Source: Octopus vulgaris
Taxonomy: Eukaryota
NCBI GenBank assembly: GCA_951406725.2
Contig: OX597814.1
Coordinates: 211,172,001-211,236,000, forward strand
DNA length: 64,000 bases
Reading direction: 5' to 3'
Shown here: piece after piece, positions 27,761 to 40,345 of the stretch
How the letters are laid out: each line of letters opens with the position of its first letter
Numbering within the stretch: the first letter of the stretch is position 1
Program-made: the position numbers and the translations under genes
The notes under the pieces: generated by a model
Databases searched by the model: none
The model's input: only the letters and a program-made list of their open reading frames with translations
Told to the model about the DNA's origin: nothing

Positions 27761-27887
27761 TGGAGTACTGGTGTGGCTGTGTGACAAATCTTTGCTTCCC
27801 GACCCAAAATTTCCGGGTTCAGTTCCACTATGTTGCACCTTCAGGATGGATTTGGTAGACAGAAATGGAAAGCAACCTATATACATG

Positions 27888-27950
<63 letters not shown>

Positions 27951-28210
27951 CGAGAGAGAGAGAGAGGGGGAGAGAGAGAGAGCGTGTGTGCGTGTTCACA
28001 CTTTTGTGTTTCTGTTTGTCCTCCACCACCGCCTGACAATAAATGTTGGTGTGTTTACGCCCCCGTCAACTAGCTGTTCGTGATAGGACACCGATAGAGT
28101 AAACAATAAGTTTAGAAAGAAAAAAAAACCTACTAAGTTCGACTACAATTCCTCAAGGCGGTGCCCTAGTATGGCTACAATCTAACGACTGAAACAAGTA
28201 TGAGATAAAA
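27761..28210 (+). mobile_element. SINE family A, degenerate
   Basis: GTGTGGCTGTGTG...CCGGGTTCAGTTCCACT...GATTTGGTAGAC...ACTGAAACAAGTA. Confidence 0.75.
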
Positions 28211-30602
28211 CATAAATTATAATCTCAGAGTGTAGGAATGTCTCTCAAATGTTACAAACATATTTTTTTTATCTTTTAGTTTTTCCATTAAGTCATTGAA
28301 TGGTTGGAGGAAGTTCACCGGTCATGCATTTCTGTCGAAAATTTAACTGTAGAACACCGGGCTCCGCCAAATTATTCAAGGAACAGTCGGTGATGTTGAA
28401 TAATACGATGAATGAACACTTTGACGTGCTCTACAATGGACATAATCATTGTGCTATTTATTTTTAGTACAGTACTAATACCTACATTGTTCACGCTTAC
28501 AGCTACAAGCAAACAAAATATAGTAATCTTGATTTTTCCTTCCTATACTCGTATGGTTATATTTTGCTTGTGTTTCTTTTATTTTCAAGAATTCTTCATT
28601 GCTTATGAAGTAATCCTCTTTGAGATAAGCAAATCGGATTTAATATGTCTTACCAGTATTTTCTAATAAACAATATGAAGCATCAAAATTTGTATGAGAA
28701 TATGGTATACAAAAGATATGATTTTTTTTATATTTATGAGCAATAACAGTTATACGACTTAATAGAACGAATTCTTAAATTATTACATTGTATATATATA
28801 TATACTTATGTTATAAGAAATCGGTAGTTTGCTAGACTACGTGGTAAAGAGTTAGAGATTTGTTCGTCTTTTATTATACAGAATCAAAACCAAAACAAAG
28901 CACAACAAATCGGCAGCCTTTAAAAATAGGCTTATTCCCGCATATTTTGGGGAGCATTCAATTCAAATGTATCAGCTTTCACTATTAGTTCTAGCATTGA
29001 AGGTACCACGTACCAATAGGCATCGCTGTGGTACTGAGCCCCGAGTTGCAAATATCGACTCAGGTTGCACCTACACTTTACATATTATTCCTGATTCAAA
29101 GCAGTTAACGGCTCCTTTCAAAGTAGGTTCATGACCCATGCGTCAGCTTTTCACTATTTTTGTGAAAGTATACTCTGAACGCATTTGAGAAGTTATTGTA
29201 ATTTCTATAGAGAGCATGGCTTGCTTATTCTAAGGAAGAATTTAGCACCATATTGTAAAAATAATGTGCAAGGAGGGTTTTCATTTACACGCTAACAGAA
29301 AGAGAAGCCTGAAATTCAGAGTAGGAGTATTTTGTGAAGGTAAACGTAAAAACTTGATGAGAGAATGTTTCATGTTCTATCAACATGAAAAACCAATAAT
29401 CCAAACATCTGTGGAATATGGGCTTATTCTGAAAAAAAAGTCAGCATTACGACCGGTTTTTACTCAAAAATGGTGTTAGATTAAATATCCCACCGACATT
29501 TTGGGAGAGTATCAATAATCGATGAAGCAATCACGTGTGAAGTTTTGGAACATAAAGGAAGTATGGAATGCTACAGCGACCTAGAAATGCACATACTTTC
29601 AACGGACAATAAGTGAATGTTTTCACTTGCGGTTTCTTCGACAATAGTACGGTACACAAAAAATTTTGCTTTTGTAGAGGATATCCATGAACTGCATATC
29701 TAATACATTTCAGTATAATATTAGTATAATATTTATCGCGCAAGTCCATTATTTCTACAGCCGATAAGAGAAGAAAGTTTAGAGAAAAAACATTGATTTA
29801 AACAAAGAGCGAGAAAAACACGGGTTCAGATTACTTGGAGGACAGAAATAAAGGCAGCGGATTTTTGAAAACTGAAAATGGAATGGTTTAATAAAATACA
29901 TTAGAGAAAAATCTTCTCCTGTGCTAATAATTTTACGTTCATAATTTTATATATAAATTGTATAAATAGTTTTACATTTGCATTTTACGTACGCTTCAGA
30001 AATACTTTGTTGTGTTGATTTTAATTAGTTATTAGGTATTTAATATACTTGAATAAAGTTCTAGAATGTCAAACGTTACCACAATCGTTATGAGTCAAAT
30101 CTAATGTTTTATATAGAATACACAAATCCCTATTAATTCGGCTCAGCGTCTAACCAATATTATATTTTACAATAGCGTAGATGATAAAACGAAGTCGAGT
30201 TTGGCGAACTTCATCTCTAGACGTAAAATTTCTTAAGTAATGATCATAGGCAATTTTTGTTTACCTTCTTGGATCCCATCCGTTGTGACCTCTGTTTTTC
30301 AGACTTCTATAAACCTTGTATTACTGCTCGACCTTATCTAAGTAGTTATAGCAGCTGTGAGTAACATAGGCGACCACTATAAAATACGTGATGATTTTAA
30401 TTTATGAGTGTTTCATGTTATTATTTAGAAATCGTTATGAGTGATCCGAACAAGTATTTCTGTGAACCAACATATTATACTTCATGTGTTGATCTTTAAT
30501 TCAAGTTCGGCTTAATACAATATAGTGAAAATGTTTTGTAGACATGAGTGTTCATATGTTTCCAAGATAGTGTAATTAAGAAGGCGTTCCCATTTCCATA
30601 CT

Positions 30603-30747
30603 GTTTCTGGATAGGTGGTGAAGTTAACTTTTAATTCGTCTGGGTCTCCACCCGTGTAAAGACACACTTGTTGGCACGTATATTATATTTCTTGTTGTCC
30701 CTGTTGCATTTTATTCACCAGGTCATAGCTGAATGGACAGATCGATG
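30603..30747 (+). repeat. 145-bp dispersed duplication, copy 2
   Basis: Closely similar to 26961-27105. Confidence 0.9.
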
Positions 30748-31101
30748 ATCAAACCTACATTAGTTGTGACGAAGTTGTATTTTCTCATGTCGAATGACAT
30801 TTTTCAATGTCTTCTTTTGAAGACAATAAGAAGTAGTTTTATATATGCACTTCCCTGATGATCGAAACGTATAGTCGATATAACAATTTTGATTCTTGTT
30901 TTATAAGCACATGCCCTGTATTTAGTTTGCTGGCAAGATACCCAAAGATGTAAGTGGTCAATCGTGCAGTTGCAATCCTAAATGTAAAGGCATATTAAAT
31001 GATTATTTGATCTAGAATTTTCCATTATTGACTCGTTTTATATATCAGTATAGATAATAACTGTACACGACGCTGCATCTTTTGAAAGATTAATATAACA
31101 C

Positions 31102-31160
<59 letters not shown>

Positions 31161-32360
31161 CAATATAGCAGAAGTAAACATTTCTATGTACTGAAATTAT
31201 TACATGTTGTGTTCTAAGTCATTCCTATCTCTTTTAGGGGAGATAATGTTTTCATTCTCATATTTACTAGTTTCCACCAATACCTTGTGGCCAGATATAA
31301 ATAGTGATGCTACATGATACGAAGATATCTCTGGTGATTATGCTTTCTTATCAGCATTGAATGCTTAAGATGCGGTATTAATCGAAATAGTCAAGCAGAA
31401 ACAGTTCACTGATGCCATGCTGCTTGATACAAAACATTTGGTAATAGTAGTAGTGTGAACATACGAAACTATGATCGATACATGTATACTTACACTATCC
31501 TTTTATTTAATTGAGAGTACATACATATATTTAAGCTATTCAGCTATGAATCGATGTAAATTGTAATCAGAAATAGATTTCAGAAATGTATTGCTGCAAA
31601 TTAATTTAAACCTAAATTATACTTTCAAAAATACCTTAAATTTAATAATAAAAATAAAGTTAAAAAAAGAAAGAATACTTAAGATATAAAGTAAGTTACG
31701 ATAATTGCGATATAGGTATGTTGTGATACATAGACTTCTTCAATAACAATATGAAAAATAACAACAGCATTTCAAGTTCAAGATGCAGAGAATCAATATT
31801 CAAAGCAACGGTATGCAGCTATCGATTTTTCATTAGCTATGACCTTAATAATTCGGATATTCTTGCACGTGTTCTGCCAAAACTATAGCATAACTTAGTT
31901 TTGTGCACTGAAATTTAAACGAAGCTCATTTAACCTACAGCACATCTTACTCTATTTTGTAAAGATGTATCTTAATCAGCTTTGATATTTGTAAGTCGAC
32001 TGCGATGTTTCTCAGAGAAGGAATAGGAAATGTGTAATTTCAATTAATGTACTTAGAAATAAAGAAAATTAATTTGAGAGATCGAAAACAAATATCACAG
32101 TATATTGTTCTTACTCATGCTGATTTTGGTGGTGGTGATGGAGGTTGCAGCCAGATCGGCTCCGAGCAAGTAGGCCTATTTTTAAAGGGCATTAAAATGT
32201 GGCGCTCTTAATTTTGTCGTTTACAGGTTTAACGTAGGATAAAATGATCTAATAAGTTTCTCGTATGACGACTGTAGGGTGTTACATGAGAGAGTGTTGG
32301 ATATGTTAGGCAGGTTCAACAATCACATAGTTTCTGCCACAAACACACGCGTGCGCACAA

Positions 32361-32395
<35 letters not shown>

Positions 32396-32445
32396 CACGT
32401 AAACACTCACAAGCACTCTCGCATACACATACACAGGAATATGTG

Positions 32446-32477
<32 letters not shown>

Positions 32478-32495
32478 TAGATAGATAAGTGTGCG

Positions 32496-32528
<33 letters not shown>

Positions 32529-35500
32529 TTACATTTACGCTGTGATAGTACTATAAGTGGTTGCTGTAACTGAAATTTCTATGAGGTTCTTAATGCATAC
32601 ATAAACCATAAAAATTGGGCAAATTTGTATGAGGAGCAGACATTAAAATTGCATCAGTAACCATAATTATTACACTTAGCGTATGCATCTGTAAAATTTG
32701 TAAAAAATTACTTTCAACTTTCACATATGTGAGGTGGTTATGAAAAGCAGAATTGGTCAAGTATTGTACGGAGAAGGACACTACGTGTATAATTATATTC
32801 AATAAACACATATACAGCCATAGTTATACATTAAAATATATGAATATTACTTAAACAAATGAAATAAAATACAGTTAAATACAACTGAAACTGCAAAAGA
32901 GTCTCATCTGTACTTTTTTCAATGAGTAAATTTATGTTACATCCAAAGCAGCTCTCTACTGATATTATTTGGAGTGATATTTATGTAAATGATAGGAATA
33001 TATATTAGAATTTGACTTTGGTCTTCTTCTGATATCTGATAACAGATCATTGATTTATATAAGAAAAATCGTTAAATTTCCCAGATAACACACAACGGAC
33101 ATTATATATTTCATACGGCCATTCCACATACGTTGAACATTAACATTGATCAAGATTAAGCGGTAAAACTCTAAGCAAGAAGGGAGTTCGACATGATTTC
33201 CTACTCTAGTGATAGCCTCCCCACTTTCCAAACAATAAAGGTGTTTGATATTGCAAAGTTCCAACAAAGCACAGTTAATATTATTTACTTTTAAATACGT
33301 TGATCATTTATTAAATGAAATGTGGTGTGTATTTCTAAGGTTTAATCGATGGAAGAACACTTAGATCTCTAAACGATAACAATGAGTTTCGGCAGGAAAG
33401 AAAAGAATAAGAAATGCATACTGCCTATTGTATGGCAATGACCTTACACAAAAGAAAAATTATTTAAATATTATTGCTTTTATTCTGGATTTTTTTTACT
33501 GTTTTTTTTTTAACAATGTATTGCCTCTCTCTGTTTTGGCAGCGTGAGATAGGAAAGCAATTTCACAGCATTTCCTGAATACAAACCATTTATATTGTAA
33601 CAAAAATATTTGCCAGTTTAGTGAAAAATAACTATAATTATGTGTCCACATAGGTAACTAAGGTAGTCATTTAGTAGATATAATTTTTCAAGGTTCAAGG
33701 TTTACGCAAGAAAACATTGTATAATGTGATATTATTCTTAATAAGGCTGAGATGCTTTTGATCTCAGATTTTTTGAGTCAATATATATCTGGGATTAAAC
33801 AGCTGCAACAGCATAGCAATCACAGTCAAATATTATTATAAATGCTTAAAGAAATATTACACTGAATTAAATGCATTACGCTATTACGTTTCACGTTTCA
33901 GTATTCTAATTTCATATCTTACCGAGGTTGATTTCCCTTTTCAGTAAAGCGGGATTGAAAGATTTCGTACGAATGAAATGCACATAGCAAATATTAGTAA
34001 ATACTATTTTGTCTTTTTCACAGAGGAGTCAGAAGTTAAATGGATTATAAATACATGAAAGCTAAAGTTGTTAAATATTCTGCAATAGTGTTTGTATCTG
34101 TAATAATATACCATTTAAATATACAATATTCATTGGAAAATTTATGCAAATGGCATTGAATTTAGCTGAAGTTAAACTTCCTTTCTGTGATTGCATTCAT
34201 TTAGCTTTCATTACTCTGATCCATTCGTTTCAGTCATTTGCTCCTTCTATCGAATAGTAATTTCGGTTTCCAATTTGATTATTGTTAACTAATTTATTCA
34301 ATTGTCCTTCTGAAATGGATGTCCGATTTAATGTATTAACATTTATTTATCGTTCGTGATTTTATAGATTTGACATTTCGCTCTGTAAATGCAGTAATCT
34401 GATAACCGCAAAGGAAACATGGAAGCGACTATTGTTTTGGTATTGTGAAGTACTTCCTTCTTTTGAGAACTTTAAGGATTACAATAAATGTTGCATAACA
34501 TAAATCAGTTATACAGTTACATATTATACTTTATCTCCTTGCTAATATACTTTCGTGAGAATTATGCAGGATAAAATTATTCAATGAATTATTTAAATAA
34601 ATATTGAAGCACAGTTTGTTTTGTTTGTTATATTTCGAACGCAAAAGCAGTTCAATATTTTTCCTCTCAAAAATATTAATTCTGGAAGGTATCGTTCATA
34701 CGCCCAAGTGTGTATATACGAAAAAACACACACTGCATATAAAATACTGTTTGGAATCAATGTCTAAATATTTATAGTCGGGGAATGTGTTCTACAAGCG
34801 TATATACATCTAATATGAATTTATATGTATAGTAATGTTAATATTTACCTCTATACTCTATATATCTCATATCGTAATGAAACCCTGGTAAGATAGAACT
34901 AAAATGGCATCACATTCACTTTCCGTTTAAAATACACATACTCTGCTAATATTATAATTTACGAAGAATTTTAACTCATATGTATTCTTTCTCGTTTAAA
35001 ATAAAACAGCTAAATACATACTAGATTATTGATACACGCAAATGTGTTTCTCCAGGACAGAACTTGGACTATAATTCCTTCTCGATATAATGAAGGATTG
35101 CCCATATAACCCATAAACCGTGTCCCAAATTGATTTATACTTATACAGTTTCCCAATTACTTTCACTTTACGCGTGAGGTTTGGCCTGACTAAGTATTGC
35201 ACACTAGTCCAATGGATTTAGAAATAGATTTGTCGGGAGAAAAGAAAGTTTTTGGTCTCCACTTCTGTCTAAATACGTTTATATACCAATTTAATCATAA
35301 CTTTACATACAAACACATACGAAATATATATCCGTTGTATACTTATAACTATAGAAATAAAAACAAAACATTTACACTCCTTAAAGTGTATATATGCAAT
35401 GAATTATGCTTCTTATATTTCTGTGTACAAAATGATGTAGAAAAATATAACAGCATATACCATATACTATATATTTTCACTCTTGAATACATATTTAATC

Positions 35501-35777
35501 CGGTAATTTATTTTGTCTCATTACATTCAACATTATAATAATGAAACACGTTCAGAATGTTTAGCTCTGGTGAATGTTTAGCTTAGCTAGGTGAACTACG
35601 ACCCTCGGTTAATTAGTGTATTGCGGACCATGTATTCTGAAGGGACGTGAAATTTCCGCGAAATCCTCATTTTGGATTCGTGCGTTAGGGTTTGTTTGGG
35701 TGGTTCATTGAATTTAAGGTAACATCTATCCGACAGGCTGTTAGCCAACTTATATGTATAACAATGTGTATATATCT

Positions 35778-36490
35778 ATAAAGGGAAAGTTTACGAAAAT
35801 AAAGAAAAGACGAAGGCAGGTGGTGTACAAACAAACAAATGTATTAGTATAGCGCTCAGGAATAGAAAAAGTCTTTTACGTTTCGAGCCTACGCTCTTCG
35901 ACAGAAAGATACGCAGAAAAAAACAAGGAGAGGAAAAAATGCGTGTAGGAGCTAACGATCTATCATGGCGTCCTGACTTCGGACACTGGTCAGACGTGAG
36001 AGGGACAGTAGGGGAGATAACAGGGTCAAGTGACTTCCAATACGAAGGTGCCCCCAACACAAAGGTGCGTGTGTGCATAAGAGAGTATGTATGTGCGTGG
36101 GAAAGTGGGCTGGTGGTCTGGACGTGTGTGTGTATGTATGTGTAGGTGTGGAGGTGTGGAGATGGGTGTATGGGTGGTGTGTTGTGATGTGATATGTGTA
36201 TGTATGTGTAGGTGTAAAGATGTAGGGATGGGTGTGTGGGTGGTGTGCTGTGGGTGTGTGGGTGGTGTTTTGTGATGTGATGTGTAATGTATGGTGTAGT
36301 GTAGTGTGTTGTGATGTTGTGGGGAGGTGGGGGAGGCGAGAGTGGGGAAATCACAGGTGGGGTGTGGGTTCGGCTGGTGGTTGGGGTAGAGTGGGGGTTG
36401 TGGGTAGGTAGAGGGCGGGGTTAGAGGTGAGGTATGTGGGGGAGGGATATGGGATAGGGGTGAGGTATGTTCAGTCTTTTAGGTAGGTAA
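35778..36490 (-). mobile_element. 5'-truncated Penelope-like element end (family P2): possible ORF tail, C-rich spacer and terminal repeat with hammerhead-like motif
   Basis: Minus strand: YLPKRLNI near 36465-36490 (resembles the PLE C-terminal P.GLN), C-rich tract, then TCTTT-CTGTCGA-A-GAGC-GTAG-GCTC-GAAAC-GTA-AAAGA at 35872-35909; second copy at 38383-38556. Confidence 0.6.
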
Positions 36491-38382
36491 TATCAACCGG
36501 AAAATATGAGTCTATTAGAACCTACGGAACATTTAGAACATTTCACTTACCGAAGAGGCTTCACATAATACTAAGGGTATGTTGTGTTATAGATATTAAA
36601 TATATGCGGGATATTCACTGAAACTACTATACTCGCATCCAAAATGAATACGTGCCATTCCGTTGTTGTCAAATGCTGTAGAGCGAGCGATTCAATTTTA
36701 TGTGGCATTTGCATTGAATAAGGAAAAGCCGAATATGGTTTTGGTTATTGGTAGTATTTTTCCTTTTTTTTTTTTTGTAATTTATAAATTTCAGAAAACG
36801 TTAGTTGTATAGAATTAGACATACACCCATAGAGTTTTATGTACTGTACTTGAATTCAATTACTTTAATATTAATAAGAGCATTGTAAATCATTGCATTA
36901 TGTTCATGCATAACAAAAGTGAAAAGATAACTAAATAAACACAATGTTCATCGTATAATTTCCAAATTCTTCAACTCTATTTAAGTAACAAATTGAAGAA
37001 ACATGCTAAGGGAATGCTTCTGCTATTACAAAATACCTTTGGGTTAAAGTTCCGCAGTAAAATAGCGTTAAAATCCAAATATCAGCAGCATAATAAATAA
37101 ATATCAACCGTTTATCATAAATAAAAGGTTTCTAACAGTGAAGGAAATGTCAGAGAATGATAAATATAATTTCGGATCTGGAATAACTGGTTTCAACGGC
37201 ACAGCTCTATTCATACCGCACGCGGTGTTCAATTACGTTATTCTTTTTCAAATCTCAGCGGATGACTTTTATACATAATAGAAATTAACTCCTCTTGTAT
37301 ATTCAGAACGATATAATACTATCTCTATTCAGCTGCAAATAAATGGTATTTATTTTATAAATGATGCGCACGTATTTTGTTTTTCTAATAGGCATAAGAG
37401 ATTCTGAACTATGGAGATTATATATGAGTTTGTGATAACTGTTCTTCTGGCAAAGTGTTTCTAAGTTACTTCGACCTGTAATTATAAATTGTTTGCGCCA
37501 TTATCAACGAAGGCGCCTGTAAGCGATCAGAGTTTCTACTGTAAATGGCTGCGAAATTTCCATAGGTTAACTTTCTACCAACGTCAAAATAAGTGACACT
37601 TGTGCTCACGTATTCATGTAAATTTAGTCTGAGGCGAGGTCGATCTGTACGAATCTAAGCGTATATATGTTTGTGTGCATGTGTGTATATCGCGAGCGAG
37701 TGTGTAATTATGCCCGCTCATGTATGAATACATACAATATCAGTACACACTCATTCTCACACACAAACATGCAAATATATTTACATGCAATACTCCACCG
37801 GTAAAACATTGTTCATATACATAGTCTTCCATGTCTGGCATTCATATACTATTCATATATACTAAGTTGCTACATGTGAGAAGAATATTGCCATGCCAAG
37901 TGTTAGCAAATCAGAAACTTTTATGGTTTCTTACTGCATCCTGAATGAAGGATTAGTTAAAATAAATTCTTTTATATTATATTAAATTATGTATGCAATC
38001 CTACTCGAGAAATTACAGTAGTTAACAACTTTACATAATGTAAAAAGATAATTTTGTTACATTTGTTACTCTCATGTGCCCACTGCAATTTCATAATCAC
38101 AGTATCAAATGACCAAACTTTTCATCACATTTAATATATATATATATAGTAATCTATCTACCTACCGTTCTAGCTACTTACCTACCTACCTATATACATA
38201 CATACATACATGCATACATAAATACCTGTCTCTCTAACTATGACTCTGTGTCTTTCTCTCTCACTCTATCTATATACATATACGTATGTATATATATATA
38301 TGCATATGCTGATATACATTTATATATAAACATGTATATATACACGTGTTTGTGTGTTTTGTGTGTATGTATGTACGTCCGA

Positions 38383-38556
38383 GTAGCCACTACACACATT
38401 TTTTTCTCTCCTTGTTTTTTCTGAGTCCCTTCCTGTAGAAGAGCTTAGGCTCGAAACGTAAAATACTTTTTTCTATTCCTGAGCGTTATACTAATACATC
38501 TGCTTGTTTTGTACACCACCTGGCTTCGCCTTTTGTTTCTTTCGTAAACTCTCCCT
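38383..38556 (+). mobile_element. PLE terminal-repeat-like element, family P2 (solo repeat)
   Basis: Reverse-complement homolog of 35780-35955; CTGTAGA-A-GAGC-TTAG-GCTC-GAAAC-GTA at 38433-38460; ends in (TA)n. Confidence 0.65.
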
Positions 38557-38717
38557 ATATATATACATACATCAATCTGATAACTCTTTTAAACATCACA
38601 GTAATATATTTATCTATGCCGGAAAATGTATATATAAACTGCATATGTGATACTTTCTCCAGTATATCAATTATATATAGATATGCAACAATAAAAAAAT
38701 CTATTGTAGGCTACCCG

Positions 38718-40345
38718 CACAAATGGTGCTGTACTAAACTAAATCTATTACGCTGATTCTGAATCTGAACTCAGAATTGCTGTAGCACGTCAGTATTTTG
38801 AGTTATGCGAATAATTATATATTAATACTATATTAGCATCAGGAATAGTTACGTTCAAGGTAAATAATTATCATTATAGCATATCAGTGCTATATAATAT
38901 ATTTATGCTCAAGGCAAATAGTATTATATTATAATGGTACACAGTATGTTTATGTTAAGGTAAAACTCACATTATTTTTTCTATGCTCAGCTAAGAATTG
39001 CTTGAGACACTTGCGCTTGCGCTTATGCATCGTGCTGTACTCCCATTGTAGGAACCAGCATTAGTCACACATCGTGTGTGAATTGAACCGGCCTTGGTAC
39101 CTCTTTTCCATCTCAGATATCTCCTGGTGGAACCGCTCGCCATGCTCATCATTAACGGCAGCAAGATTCGTTGGAAAAAAATCGAGATGGTAATGCAGGA
39201 AGAGCATTTTAAGGGACATTGAGCATTCCATTGATCATATGCCGTTATCATGTTGTTTATTAAATCTCCATATTTTTCAGCTCCATTATTTCCAAGAAAG
39301 TTCTCTACAACTAACACGAATGAATCCCATGCCGTCAGCTCAACTGGATTCAGTTTACATCTGAATTCGCTAACAGGCATCTGATTACACAATTTGTTTC
39401 TGGTTTTCTTTGAGAACCAACTAATATTAGTCTTGCAAAAGTAACAATCAGAGATATTATTGGTTGGTACTGCAAAATGCATTCCCTTCCGTTTTCCATT
39501 TAGCCACTGTGTAAGCCCTCAGTAATACACGGTGCACCATATATGTGATGCCCACCTCTTGTCTTGGTCCCCAACATTACACAAAGAAATATATTTACAG
39601 ACAGTTTTTAATTTAGTGGCTATGTTCTCCCGCCGGTCACACGGAGCAAGCTTTTCACTGATATAACTAAAGTCATCTGGGTGATTCACGCACCCTCTCC
39701 TATTCATGATCTAATACAATGACCACAGTTAAAACAGTAATCACGCAGAGCGAGAGATGCATATACCACACGCGTCGCAGCGCAAACTACACTGAGAGTT
39801 ACGAGGAAAAAAAATGACGCCTTTGGCATTTGCACACTACACGTCAGCGTCATCTAATGGTGAATTAAATAATGAAATTCATCATCATTTGTTTTATATC
39901 TGTTATTTCTTTAATTTTGAATTAAAACCGCTGTCATGTTGGCAAATTTTATAATACCTATTTCTTTATTACCCACAAGGGGCTAAACACAGAGCGGACA
40001 AACAAGGACAGACATAGGTATTAAGTCGATTACATCGACTCCAGTGCGTAACTGGTACTCAATTTATCGACCCCGAAAGGATAAAAGGCAAAGTCGACCT
40101 CGGCGGAATTTGAACTCACAACGTAACGCAGACGGAATACCGCTAAGCATTTCGCCCGGCGTGCTAACATTTCTGCCAGCTCGCCTATATATCGCCGAAA
40201 ATATAACTATAATCTTAAGCACGCGCATAACACAAAATTCTGACGTACTAGAACAATTATGAATGCGGATTCAGGATCAGCATCCTGGATTTAGTCTAAA
40301 ACACATGCTTTTACCTCAGTAGCAAAATCTTTATCGTCCATTTTA
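38718..40345 (-). mobile_element. Internally deleted DNA transposon, Chapaev3-like (CMC superfamily)
   Basis: About 70-bp subterminal inverted repeats (38738-38809 / 40224-40295); transposase remnants C.NHPD.F, GDQDK.WA.H, M.FAVP, DCYFC and, frameshifted, MSLKMLFLHYHLDFF...NDEHGERFHQEISEMEKRYQG. Superfamily assignment is from recalled motifs. Confidence 0.75.
39956..40185 (-). mobile_element. SINE family D nested in the Chapaev-like element
   Basis: Reverse complement of 7604-7835. Confidence 0.9.
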
